Shown here: positions 18,233 to 27,856 of the stretch, piece after piece
How positions within the stretch are numbered: the first letter of the stretch is position 1
How the letters are laid out: each line of letters starts with the position of its first letter
The notes under the pieces: model-generated
Seen by the model: the letters and a program-made list of their open reading frames with translations, nothing else
The model's database searches: none
What the model was told of the DNA's origin: nothing
Made by a program: the position numbers and the translations under genes
Virus record (IMG/VR): IMGVR_UViG_2785511464_000001
Coordinates: 1 to 64,000 of that record
DNA from: a virus
Taxonomy: Duplodnaviria; Caudoviricetes
Length of the DNA: 64,000 bases
Direction: 5' to 3' (one strand)

Positions 18233-19021
18233 GTGTCCGTGAAGATCAAGAGCTCCGTGAACGCTATGAAGGCCATCAAGAAGATCGGCATTCCGCAGTC
18301 GTTGTACGACTGGCTGGAGAGTAGCGCTGTTGACGTGAAGCTCACCTCCAAAGAGTTCAAATTCTCCGTGCCGATCAAGGGCGGAACGCATGAGCTCAGC
18401 GTACCGGTAAGCCTCGACGATCTGCATAAGATGGTCACTGGAACCCTGCCCACCGTCACCAAGATCAGCCTCGGGAAGTCACTCGCCGAGACCATCACCA
18501 CGATTGCCGCGCTTTGCGAGGATGCCGGGGAGCCCGAAGCCGACAAGCCGGCAGCCTCGAAGAAGTCCGGCGGGACGCTCGGTTCACTCCCCCCGATCAA
18601 GCCGAAGACGAAGGCAGCAACGCCAGAGCCGTATGCGGGGTGGGGCACCTTCGATCTGTCCCAGATGAAGACCGCGAAGCCTGTCCCGTTGAGCTTGGCC
18701 GACCGCATGTATCAGCCGGTGTCCGGGACGTCCGGCAACAGCCGATACTACGTCGTTGCAGGCAATCAGGATATTCGCGTGGCCGCGCGCTACAAGGACG
18801 GTATTCTGTCTGTACGTGTCGAGGGGCCGAAGCTGGAGAAGCACATGAGCGCTATCTGCAGCAGCGGCTTCGACCAGAAATCAGGCAAGAACTACGCATC
18901 CGTGCATCTCAGCGTGGTCAATGATCAGCTGGCTGCAAAGTCGCTCGGTGCGCTTCTTCTTGGGATGGGGGTGCAGCTGGATACCGCCTACCCGAACCTC
19001 AATCTGATCAAGGGGGCCTAG
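18233..19021 (+). CDS. Hypothetical protein
   Basis: SD AAGGAGG, GTG start, 262 aa. Confidence 0.65.
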   Translation: MSVKIKSSVNAMKAIKKIGIPQSLYDWLESSAVDVKLTSKEFKFSVPIKGGTHELSVPVSLDDLHKMVTGTLPTVTKISLGKSLAETITTIAALCEDAGEPEADKPAASKKSGGTLGSLPPIKPKTKAATPEPYAGWGTFDLSQMKTAKPVPLSLADRMYQPVSGTSGNSRYYVVAGNQDIRVAARYKDGILSVRVEGPKLEKHMSAICSSGFDQKSGKNYASVHLSVVNDQLAAKSLGALLLGMGVQLDTAYPNLNLIKGA

Positions 19022-19234
19022 ATGCTGACGCGCGAACAGTTCGACAGTCTGGACGTCGGGGATCACGTGGAGACTTTCTCGATATTCCCGAGGATGACCG
19101 AAGAACCGGTTGTCCTTCAGACGACGCAGGTGGGTCTCGACCGCCGCGAGTTCACCGCCACGTTCTGCGGGGTGACGCTCGGTGTGTGGACCTGCTCGGT
19201 AGATAAGCAAGGGGGGCTGAAATGGGCTCTGTAA
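19022..19234 (+). CDS. Hypothetical protein
   Basis: Abuts the upstream stop codon. Confidence 0.5.
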   Translation: MLTREQFDSLDVGDHVETFSIFPRMTEEPVVLQTTQVGLDRREFTATFCGVTLGVWTCSVDKQGGLKWAL

Positions 19235-19629
19235 GCCAGATGGCGATGTACGAGGTCGCGGACACCCTCGGCTTCGAGGTTTCCTACTCCAGCGCCACCG
19301 GGCGGGTGCAGGGGGCCGGGCAAAACGTCCTGGCGTTCGGCAACCTGCCCATCACCTTCAACAGCAGGATCGTAAGTTCTGCCCTCTTGAAGCAGTCGAT
19401 CCTGCTGATGGTCCGGGTCAAAGGGAACCTCGCCTTGCTGGTCGAGGTCACCGGGGACAGGAACCCGAAGACCAAGGTGCATCTCCTGAACAGGGCGCAC
19501 ATGGACCCTATCGACAATTGGCTCGAAGAGAAGAAACCCAAGACACCCGCCGCGTGCCTGAAGCTTCTCGGAAAGGCCGTGGTGAAGAGCTTTCAAAAGA
19601 CCCCGGTGAAGGGTTGGACCGAACTGTGA
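19222..19629 (+). CDS. Hypothetical protein
   Basis: Overlaps the upstream gene; co-directional. Confidence 0.55.
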   Translation: MGSVSQMAMYEVADTLGFEVSYSSATGRVQGAGQNVLAFGNLPITFNSRIVSSALLKQSILLMVRVKGNLALLVEVTGDRNPKTKVHLLNRAHMDPIDNWLEEKKPKTPAACLKLLGKAVVKSFQKTPVKGWTEL

Positions 19630-19644
19630 AGAGGCTGCTGACGA

Positions 19645-22044
19645 ATGAAATTGACGATCTGGACGTCCGCCGAAAGCGACATCGTAAAGCGGACATTCGC
19701 GAGCGTGCTTCGCTCATTCCGACCTGACGTCCCAGAGCACGAGTTCCTGAGCTGGAGAGACCCCGAAGAAGAGCCCCCGGCCCCAGCGGCAGGGGGCATT
19801 GTCTTGGTGTGCGGCAAGCGCGCGCTGGACACGCTGCAGAGACACAAGATCGCGCCAAAGAACCGCACTGTGAACTCGATGCGGGAGAAGCCGATCCCGC
19901 ACGGAGGCGGGCACTACCTCGTGACGCACGACCCGAACGTCGTGAACTCAGAGGCGGACAAGCTTGACGTCATCGAGTGGGACGTCCGTCTGGCAGTGCG
20001 TCTCATCAGGACGGGGCAATTGCTTCCGCCCCTCGGAGCGTATCGGTGGGTCAACGACTACCAGCCCATGATCGACTGGATCGAGAAGCGCTTCAAGGCG
20101 ACCGGCGGGAAGGCCGTTGATGTCACGAGCGACACCGAGACCATGGGGTTCTTCCCGTGGTATGCCGACAAGGACATCGTGTCGATCAGCTTCACCGCGA
20201 AGCCCGAGACCGCCGAGGTGCTGTATCTGGGGCCGCAGAAACCGCCGATCCCGCTCGATCCAAGCGTCAACCTGTTCGATCAGATCAAATGGCTCCTTAC
20301 CTCCCCGAAGGTGAAGATGCGCTTCGCCAATGGCAAATACGATCTGGTCTGGATCGCGGAGAAGTGGGGCATTGAGTGCACGAACTTCAAGTTCGACACG
20401 ATGCTCGTCGGATCGCTGCTCAATGAGAACCGGTCGAACTCCCTGAACCTCCATGCCAAGGTGATGACGCCCATCGGCGGATACGATGATCCGTTTAACA
20501 GCAAGTTCGACAAGAGCAGCATGGAGAAGATACCTGCGGACGATAATTTCCTGATTTATGCCGGCGGGGATACGGACGCCGCCCATCGCGTTGCGAACAC
20601 TCTTCGGGACGAGCTGATGGATGATCCGCAGCTTGCCAACTTCTACATCACGGTCCTGCACCCCGCTGCCCGGTCCTTCGAGAAGATCGAGCGGCGCGGC
20701 GTGTTGGTGGATCAGGAGAAGTATGCCGTGCTGCGGCAGGACTTGCGCAAGTCGATTGACGAGGCCCACAAGGTCACGCTCGACCTGCTGCCGAACAAGA
20801 TGCGGATCAAATACCGGGACCGCATCGAGAACCAGTTGCAGCAGGGCAAGAGCCCCATGTTGCCGTCGATCCTGAAGGAGTTCTTCTTCTCGCCGCACGG
20901 TTTGAACCTGAAGCCGAAGGAGGTCACCGCCAAGACCCACGAGCCGTCAATGGCGAAGTCCCACCTGCGGCAGTTCGCGAACGTTCCTGAAGCGTCGGCG
21001 ATGGTTGCGGCCCTCACTGAGGCCGACAGTGCGATGAAGACCCTATCGACCTTCGTGGACGGTTTCCTGAAGCACTTGAGGCCGGACGGGCGCTTCCACA
21101 CGACATACTTCCTGGCGAAAGGGGAGTACGAGGGTTACGACGATGACGAGACCGGGACGAACACGGGGCGGTTGTCGGCGAAGAACCCTCCGTTTCAGGT
21201 GACGCCGAAGAAGACCAAGTGGGCGAAGCGCATTCGCGAATGCTTCCCGGCCCCGAAGGGCAAGCTGGTCCTTTCCTGCGATTATAGTCAGGGTGAGCTG
21301 AAGGTGGTGGCCTGCGTCGCCCCCGAGAACACCATGCTGCAGGCGTACGAAGACGGGCTCGACCTGCATGCTGTGACGGGGGCCAAGCTGGCGCATGTGG
21401 ACCTGACGGAGTTCCTGAGTTGGCAGGGTCACGCGGACGAGGAGCTGGCCGCGCTGTACGAGAAGAACCGGGGCAACGCGAAGCCGGCCAATTTCGGATT
21501 GCTCTACGGAATGCAGGTCGAGGGCTTCAGGGCCTACGCTTGGGCGAACTACGGCATCAAGCTCTCCTACGCGGAGGCCGAGGCCATGCGCAACGCCTTC
21601 TTCGAGCTGTATCCGGGGTTGCTGACCTACCACAGCAAGCAGAAGGATTTGGTCAAGTTCGCTCAGATGGTCCGCAGCCCTCTGGGGCGTGTGCGGCACC
21701 TCCCAATGATCTCCGCTTGGGATCGTGAAATCCGGTCGAAGGCCGAGCGGCAGGCCATCAACTCACCGATCCAGTCGTGCCTGTCCGACATGATGCTCTG
21801 GGCCATCGCCCTGATCGACGACGCGTACCCGAACGGGGAGATCGAGGTGGTCGGAATGATCCACGATGCCTTGATCGCGTATATCCCGGAACAAGACGCA
21901 GACCTGTGGGCTGGACGGTGTGTCGAGATCATGTCTAACCTCCCATTCCACGAGGTTGGTTGGAAGCCGCAGCTGAAGTTCACCGCAGACGCCGAGGCAG
22001 GAACGAACCTCGCCAACATCAAGAAGCTGAAGCTCGACGTTTGA
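19645..22044 (+). CDS. polA: Family A DNA polymerase with 3'-5' exonuclease and a UDG-like N-terminal remnant
   Basis: Exo DTET and DTML; TGRLS; motif A DYSQGELKV; motif B RGNAKPANFGLLYG; motif C HDAL. Confidence 0.95.
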   Translation: MKLTIWTSAESDIVKRTFASVLRSFRPDVPEHEFLSWRDPEEEPPAPAAGGIVLVCGKRALDTLQRHKIAPKNRTVNSMREKPIPHGGGHYLVTHDPNVVNSEADKLDVIEWDVRLAVRLIRTGQLLPPLGAYRWVNDYQPMIDWIEKRFKATGGKAVDVTSDTETMGFFPWYADKDIVSISFTAKPETAEVLYLGPQKPPIPLDPSVNLFDQIKWLLTSPKVKMRFANGKYDLVWIAEKWGIECTNFKFDTMLVGSLLNENRSNSLNLHAKVMTPIGGYDDPFNSKFDKSSMEKIPADDNFLIYAGGDTDAAHRVANTLRDELMDDPQLANFYITVLHPAARSFEKIERRGVLVDQEKYAVLRQDLRKSIDEAHKVTLDLLPNKMRIKYRDRIENQLQQGKSPMLPSILKEFFFSPHGLNLKPKEVTAKTHEPSMAKSHLRQFANVPEASAMVAALTEADSAMKTLSTFVDGFLKHLRPDGRFHTTYFLAKGEYEGYDDDETGTNTGRLSAKNPPFQVTPKKTKWAKRIRECFPAPKGKLVLSCDYSQGELKVVACVAPENTMLQAYEDGLDLHAVTGAKLAHVDLTEFLSWQGHADEELAALYEKNRGNAKPANFGLLYGMQVEGFRAYAWANYGIKLSYAEAEAMRNAFFELYPGLLTYHSKQKDLVKFAQMVRSPLGRVRHLPMISAWDREIRSKAERQAINSPIQSCLSDMMLWAIALIDDAYPNGEIEVVGMIHDALIAYIPEQDADLWAGRCVEIMSNLPFHEVGWKPQLKFTADAEAGTNLANIKKLKLDV

Positions 22045-22106
22045 CCACGATGTGCAAATAATTGCACAAGAGGGTGACATGAGCAGAGGCTGCGCGAGAG
22101 GACAGA

Positions 22107-23987
22107 ATGAGCGAAGAGAACAACGGGCAGGGAAAGCCCCAGACGCAGGTGTTGCGTCTGGTATCTGTCGATAACAAGATCGCGAAGGCGGACGCCGACA
22201 GCAAGAACGTCGTCCACTCGAACGCCCTCGACCCCGAGGACGAGTACAAGAACTGGTATGTCGGTGGATCGAATGATGCCGGCGTGCTGGAACCCCCGTA
22301 TCCTCTTCGGCATCTGGACCGACTGTCCCAGGAGAACAACGCCCTGTCTCCGTGCATTGAGGCGATGGTCACCAACGTGGACGGCACCGGGTACGACTTC
22401 GAGCGCACAGGGGAAGACGCCGAGACCAGCAAGGACGACGCCAAGATCAAAGAGCTGCGGGAGTTCTTTGACGAGCCGTGGCCGGGTCAGTCCTTCACGA
22501 GCATCCGAAAGCTCCTGCGGCGAGACCTGGAGCGAACCGGAAACGCGTATCTGGAAATCCTTCGCAACGCGCAGGACGAGATCGTGTTCATGCGTCACGT
22601 GGACAGCAAGATGATGCGCCTTGTCAATTTGGACAGCGGCGTCCCGGTGGACCGCAAGGTCAGGCGCAAGGGCCGCGAGGTCACCATCACCATCAAGCAG
22701 CGCGAGCGTAAGTTCGTCCAGCTGCTCAACGGCACCACGCTGGTCTACTTCCGCGAGTTCGGCAGCTCCCGAGACCTCAACAAGAGGACCGCCGCTTGGT
22801 CCGAGAAAGGCCAGCGGCTGCCGGCCAAGGACCGCGCCACCGAGATCATTCACTTTACTGCGCTGCCCGACGCCCACACGCCTTACGGCGTCCCGCGTTG
22901 GATCAGCCAGCTGCCGTCTGTGTTGGGCTCCCGCAAGGCCGAGGAGTACAATCTGGACTTCTTCGACAACGGCGGCATCCCGCCCGTCCTGATCTTGCTT
23001 CAGGGCGGCACGCTCCAGCCTGAAACGAAGGGCGCGCTTGATCTGAAGATGGGCCGGGGAACCGCGTCCAAGAAGAACCGGGTTCAGGTTCTGGAGGTCA
23101 TGCCCTCCGGCGGCACCTTCAACTCCCCCAACCAAGCACGCGTCACCGTCGAGCGGTTCGGAGCCGAGCGGCAGGACGACAGCATGTTCGAGGGATACGA
23201 CGAGAAGTGCGAGACGCGTGTCCGACGGGCCTTCCGCCTTCCACCGATCTTCGTCGGCGCTGCCGAGGACTACTCGTTCGCATCGGCCACGGCCTCTTAC
23301 GCGGTGGCCGAGGCTCAGGTGTTCAAGCCGGAACGGGACGAGTTCGACGAGATCATCAATGTGAAGCTGGTCGATGCCATGGGCTACGACGGTTACCGTC
23401 TGGTCTCCAAGCCGCTGGTCATCGAAGACGCGACCATCAAGCTGCAGGGCATTCAGATGGCGATCTCCACCAACGCCGTTGAGAAGGAAGACGTGCTGTA
23501 CGAGATCAACGAGGCGTCCGGCACCGACATTCGGTACAAGGAGCCCGAGAAGCCCAAGCCTGGCTTCGACGAGGACGGGAACCCGCTGCCTGGCTTCGTG
23601 CCTCCTCAGCCGGATGCTGCCGGCGCTGGAGCGGTGGACGACGAGGGCAACGTCGTTCAGCTCAAGACGAAGACCAATACGGTCTCCACCGACAAGCCGA
23701 CCAGCGAGCCCAACGGGAAGGGGTATACCGGGGCGATCTCCAAGGAGGCTACCACGGCTCTCCGCCTGATGACGTCGCTTCGCAAGCGTGACGTCGAAGG
23801 GGTGATCGCTTTCGCGAAGGTCGCCAACGAGATGACCGGGACGCAGGCCGAGGAGTTCGGTCGCGCGCTGGCCACGGCACGTTTCCCGAATGCCGAACGG
23901 TACGGTCTGGATGACCTGGGTGCCCTCTCTGCGGCCACGATCAATGTGATGGCCGGCCACGGCTGCGGGTGCTCCCATGCCGGTTAA
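22107..23987 (+). CDS. Portal protein (PBSX-like)
   Basis: TGNAYLE, EIIHF, YGVPRW, FFDNGGIP, FRLPPIFVG. Confidence 0.9.
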   Translation: MSEENNGQGKPQTQVLRLVSVDNKIAKADADSKNVVHSNALDPEDEYKNWYVGGSNDAGVLEPPYPLRHLDRLSQENNALSPCIEAMVTNVDGTGYDFERTGEDAETSKDDAKIKELREFFDEPWPGQSFTSIRKLLRRDLERTGNAYLEILRNAQDEIVFMRHVDSKMMRLVNLDSGVPVDRKVRRKGREVTITIKQRERKFVQLLNGTTLVYFREFGSSRDLNKRTAAWSEKGQRLPAKDRATEIIHFTALPDAHTPYGVPRWISQLPSVLGSRKAEEYNLDFFDNGGIPPVLILLQGGTLQPETKGALDLKMGRGTASKKNRVQVLEVMPSGGTFNSPNQARVTVERFGAERQDDSMFEGYDEKCETRVRRAFRLPPIFVGAAEDYSFASATASYAVAEAQVFKPERDEFDEIINVKLVDAMGYDGYRLVSKPLVIEDATIKLQGIQMAISTNAVEKEDVLYEINEASGTDIRYKEPEKPKPGFDEDGNPLPGFVPPQPDAAGAGAVDDEGNVVQLKTKTNTVSTDKPTSEPNGKGYTGAISKEATTALRLMTSLRKRDVEGVIAFAKVANEMTGTQAEEFGRALATARFPNAERYGLDDLGALSAATINVMAGHGCGCSHAG

Positions 23988-25893
23988 GGATGAGGTGTTC
24001 ATCGCCATCGAAGAGGCCGTCGGCGCTGCATTGTCCGGCGGCTGGGCGGACGGGCTCTCCGGCATCGTCGGTCAGCTTTACGACCTGATGGGTCAGCGTC
24101 GCTGGTACGCGGCCCATGAGCTGATCGACACGCTCGATCTGGACGCCGTGGTCCCGCAGTCTCGGGAACAGCTGGAGGAACTGGCGGTTTCCGCCGTTCT
24201 CTTCGGGGCCTCACACGCGGCGGGCGGTCTTGATAAAACATCATACCTGACCGACGGAAAAGCGCTCCCACAGGCCCTCTCGCAGGCTCTCGACCAGCTG
24301 GACGTTGCCTTCAAACACAACATCGCCGAAGAGGTGCGTTGGGAGCTGCACCGCGTCGTCACCGAAATGGAGGAGGAGCAGAAGTATGCCCTCCTACACA
24401 AGGACGACATGTCCCACGCCGATCTCGTTGAGGCCGGCCTGGCGACCCCCGACGAGGGGTTGGGCACCCAGACGCTCTACGTCCACCGCCCCCTCATCAA
24501 TAGCGCGGAGCTGATTGCCTGGGCTCGGGAGCAGGGCTTCGAGAAAACCCTGGAGGCCGCTGACTTCCACGTGACAGTCTGCTTCAGCCGGCAGAAGCTC
24601 GACTGGACGGACACTCCCCCGCTGACCGACGAAGTGTACGCGGTGGGTGGTGTGCGGAAGATCGAACGGTTCGGAAAAGCCATTGTGCTCACGTTCGAGA
24701 GCGCTGAGATCGAGGACCGGCACGAAGAGTTCAAAGCCGCCGGGGCCTCTCACGACTTCCCCGAGTACAACCCGCACGTGACGATCAGCTACGCAGGGGG
24801 TGACTTTGACATCTCGAAGATCGAACCGTTCGAGGAAGAGCTGGTGTTCGGTGCCGAGGAGTTCGCCCCGGTCAAGGAGAACTGGTCGAGCGGGATCAAC
24901 GAACGCTTCGTCACCAAGGCCGAGACGAAGAGCCTGGCGCAGAGGCTCAACGACGCGGTTCTGTCCGGTCGGTCACTGGTCGATGTGAACGCCAACCTGA
25001 CCACCTCCAGACTGATCTCTCTCGGGTTCCTGTCCGAGGCCGTCGAAAAGAACGTGACCACGTATCAGGTGAATGAGGTTCTTGACGACGTGACCTGTGC
25101 CGTCTGCCGCGAGATGCACGGCAAGAGCTTCACCGTCGTCTCGGAGTACAGCAAGATCATGACGGCGCTTTCCACGAGCGACCCCCAGGAGCTTCGGAAC
25201 ATCGCGCCGTGGCCTAAGAACACCAAGGCCGGGCTCGCCGCTCTGCGGGAAATGAACCCGGAGGAGATGCAGCTGGCCGGCTACGGCTCCCCGCCGTATC
25301 ACCCCGGTTGTCGCGGGTTCCTCGTGCAGGATGGCACCGTGACCGTGAGCGTGCCGATGCAGCCGAAACCCGCATTCGTGGATGACGGAAGCTTCGACGG
25401 CCCCAACGGCTTTGACCTGAGTGACGAGGTAGATAACGAAATCCTTCTGAGCAATTCGCTGAAATCCGCGATGAGCGCAGCAGAGGAGGAAGCTTTCCGC
25501 GAGTACACCGAAAATGCCTACCACAGCCTCAACAAGGCTCTGCGCAACGGCGATCCTGTGGACGCCAAGATGGTGTCTTTGCTGGATGGTGTGTTCTCCC
25601 GCGTCTCACTCGACGCCCCGATGGTTGTCTACCGGCAGGTTGACGCAGACACGTACAAACGCGCTATGGCGTCGGAGGTTTTCGAAGACCTCGCCTATGT
25701 GAGCACGACAGCCGACAAGGCCAATCTGAAGGGGAGCAACATCGTGCGAGTGGAGGTTCCGCAGGGATCACGGGCCGTTCCGGTCGGGGCGATCTCCGAG
25801 TACGGGGCCGAGGAAGCCGAATTGTTGCTTGCGCGAGGGTCGAGGTTCCACGTCCGCATGGAGGACGGGGAGATGGTCTGGCGGCTCCTGTAG
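23977..25893 (+). CDS. MuF-like minor head protein with an inserted Acb1-like 2H phosphodiesterase and a C-terminal ADP-ribosyltransferase
   Basis: MuF: CAVCREMHGK, PPYHPGCRG. 2H: FHVTVCFS, YNPHVTISY. ART: YT..Y..LNKALR, VYR, YVSTT, EAELLL.RG. Confidence 0.85.
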   Translation: MPVKDEVFIAIEEAVGAALSGGWADGLSGIVGQLYDLMGQRRWYAAHELIDTLDLDAVVPQSREQLEELAVSAVLFGASHAAGGLDKTSYLTDGKALPQALSQALDQLDVAFKHNIAEEVRWELHRVVTEMEEEQKYALLHKDDMSHADLVEAGLATPDEGLGTQTLYVHRPLINSAELIAWAREQGFEKTLEAADFHVTVCFSRQKLDWTDTPPLTDEVYAVGGVRKIERFGKAIVLTFESAEIEDRHEEFKAAGASHDFPEYNPHVTISYAGGDFDISKIEPFEEELVFGAEEFAPVKENWSSGINERFVTKAETKSLAQRLNDAVLSGRSLVDVNANLTTSRLISLGFLSEAVEKNVTTYQVNEVLDDVTCAVCREMHGKSFTVVSEYSKIMTALSTSDPQELRNIAPWPKNTKAGLAALREMNPEEMQLAGYGSPPYHPGCRGFLVQDGTVTVSVPMQPKPAFVDDGSFDGPNGFDLSDEVDNEILLSNSLKSAMSAAEEEAFREYTENAYHSLNKALRNGDPVDAKMVSLLDGVFSRVSLDAPMVVYRQVDADTYKRAMASEVFEDLAYVSTTADKANLKGSNIVRVEVPQGSRAVPVGAISEYGAEEAELLLARGSRFHVRMEDGEMVWRLL

Positions 25894-25988
25894 CTTTCCT
25901 GTTTCTGGTCTAGCGCAGCATCCATCGGATTTGCAATTAATTGCACAAACGCGCGTACGAAACTAAGGTCCAGCCATGTCAGTGAAAC

Positions 25989-26687
25989 ATGGATTGGACG
26001 TCAGACGTGTTCCAGGAAAGCCGCAACAGCGCGTGGGGTAACGACGGGTCAGCCGCGACCACTCCGCGCGTTGGTGCGCCCGCCAAGAACACTCCCACCG
26101 TCCAATTCAAAAAAGCCGACGAGGAACAGCAGCTCGTCTACGGCGAAGTGTATGCGCCGACGGTCCCCGACAGCCAGGGTGACTTCATGACCCGTGAGGC
26201 GATCCAAGAGATGGCCCACGGGTTCATGCGTCGCGGTCTGGTGACGAAGATCGACGTCCAGCACACGCGGGAAGAGAGCGGCTGTTACGTGGTCGAGAGT
26301 TTCATTGCCAGGGACGATGATCCGACCTTCATCCCAGGCAGCTGGGTGCTCGGCGTCAAAATCCCCGATCCATCCGTGTGGAACCTCGTGAAGAGTGGTG
26401 AGCTGAACGGCTTCTCGCTCGATGGGCTTGGCGTGCGGGTGGACACGGTTCTGGAAATCAATGTCCCCGAGACCATCACGGGGCAAACAGAAGAAAGCGA
26501 CGGGCACAGGCACACGTTCTTCGTGAAGTACGACGATCAGGGCGCGTTCCTTGGGGGTTGGACCGACGAAGGCCCGGACGGCTTCCGCCACGAAATCAGG
26601 CGCGGAACGCTGACCGAGACTGCCAACGGGCATGCCCACCGCTTCTCATTCGTCGAAGGAGTGCTCGATGCCCGAATTGCGAGTTAA
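25989..26687 (+). CDS. XkdF-like prohead serine protease
   Basis: QLVYGEVYAP..PDSQGD, IDVQH, VVESFI, GSW, VKSGELNGFS. Confidence 0.88.
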   Translation: MDWTSDVFQESRNSAWGNDGSAATTPRVGAPAKNTPTVQFKKADEEQQLVYGEVYAPTVPDSQGDFMTREAIQEMAHGFMRRGLVTKIDVQHTREESGCYVVESFIARDDDPTFIPGSWVLGVKIPDPSVWNLVKSGELNGFSLDGLGVRVDTVLEINVPETITGQTEESDGHRHTFFVKYDDQGAFLGGWTDEGPDGFRHEIRRGTLTETANGHAHRFSFVEGVLDARIAS

Positions 26688-27813
26688 GGCCACCGAGCTC
26701 GTCGGCACCAACGTCGATTTTGTCTCGCTCGTTAAGCGGGGAGCGAACCGCATCCCCTTCCGAATTGTCAAACAAGAGGATGAACCAATGCTTGACCTTG
26801 CCAAAGCCGGTCGCAAGCTTTTCCAGAAGGCGGAGACCACCCCCGAGGTCGTGGCTGCTGTAGTCCCGGCGGGTGTGGATGTGGTGAAGATGGCCGAAGT
26901 CTTCAAGGAAGCCGGCCTCGACCCGAACTTGTTCGTGAAGACGGAAGTGGATGGCGTCGTCACGCTGGCCAAGGCCGACGCCGACAAGGCCGACGGCACC
27001 GTTATCATCAAGACCGGTGACCAGGTGGGTCTCGTCATTTCCGGCCTGAAGAAGGCTTTCGACAGCTACAACGCATCCGGTTCGGACTTCGCCGAGGCAG
27101 TGAAGGCGCAGGGGTTTTATCCCTCCTTCTGCACAGCTCAGGACGTTCTTGGCAGTTGCGTCAGCGTGGCTCTGCACAAGTCCAACACACCTAGTGAGGC
27201 AGCCGAGCGCGTCGCCAAGACCGTCGATGACTTCAGGTCTTACGTCAGCGGACTGGCATCGGCTCTTCCTGCGTCGGCGTTCTACGTTGACCGCTACTAT
27301 TCCGACATCGCGAAGGGCGAAGAAACTGCCCCGGAGCCCGCCGCCAAAGAAGAAGAAGCCGACAAGCTGAAGGCCGAGGCCGACAAGGCAAAGGCTGAAG
27401 AGGCCAAGAAGGCCGAGGATGAAAAGACCACCAAGGCTGACGCCGATGCGGACGCCCCCGTGGAAGAGCCGGTTGCCAAGACCGGAGAGAACGACGCTGG
27501 GTCCGAACCCAACGCCGAGATTGCTGCTCTCAAGAAGTCTCAGGACGAGATCATGGGTGTCCTGAAGGAGCTGCAAAAGTCCGTCTCCACCTCGATCAGC
27601 GGCCTTCAGGCCGAAGTGAAGAAGGAGCTTTCGGGCATCAATACCCGCGTCGAACAGGTGGCCTCGCAGGCCCAGAAAACCGACGCGGCTCTGAACGGCA
27701 CCGTGTTCGCGGAGCCTGATGGTGACAAGCCGGCCCCGCTGGAGAAGCAGGACGGCCATCGCGGAGCGCCCCCGCTCCTCGACACCGCCTATGACCGCCG
27801 CGAAGTCGCTTAA
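26668..27813 (+). CDS. Scaffold-like protein
   Basis: VSLVKRGAN N-terminus, Ala/Glu/Lys-rich coiled coil, between protease and capsid; possible internal start at 26788. Confidence 0.7.
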   Translation: MPELRVKATELVGTNVDFVSLVKRGANRIPFRIVKQEDEPMLDLAKAGRKLFQKAETTPEVVAAVVPAGVDVVKMAEVFKEAGLDPNLFVKTEVDGVVTLAKADADKADGTVIIKTGDQVGLVISGLKKAFDSYNASGSDFAEAVKAQGFYPSFCTAQDVLGSCVSVALHKSNTPSEAAERVAKTVDDFRSYVSGLASALPASAFYVDRYYSDIAKGEETAPEPAAKEEEADKLKAEADKAKAEEAKKAEDEKTTKADADADAPVEEPVAKTGENDAGSEPNAEIAALKKSQDEIMGVLKELQKSVSTSISGLQAEVKKELSGINTRVEQVASQAQKTDAALNGTVFAEPDGDKPAPLEKQDGHRGAPPLLDTAYDRREVA

Positions 27814-27856
27814 TCGCGCGCAACAGCCACACCGAAACCCTTACGAGGAACCTGAA

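Noticed and set aside
10605-22044. Inteins or introns in terminase or PolA
   Set aside because: Protein lengths and motif spacing are normal, and no splice-junction or homing-endonuclease motifs were seen
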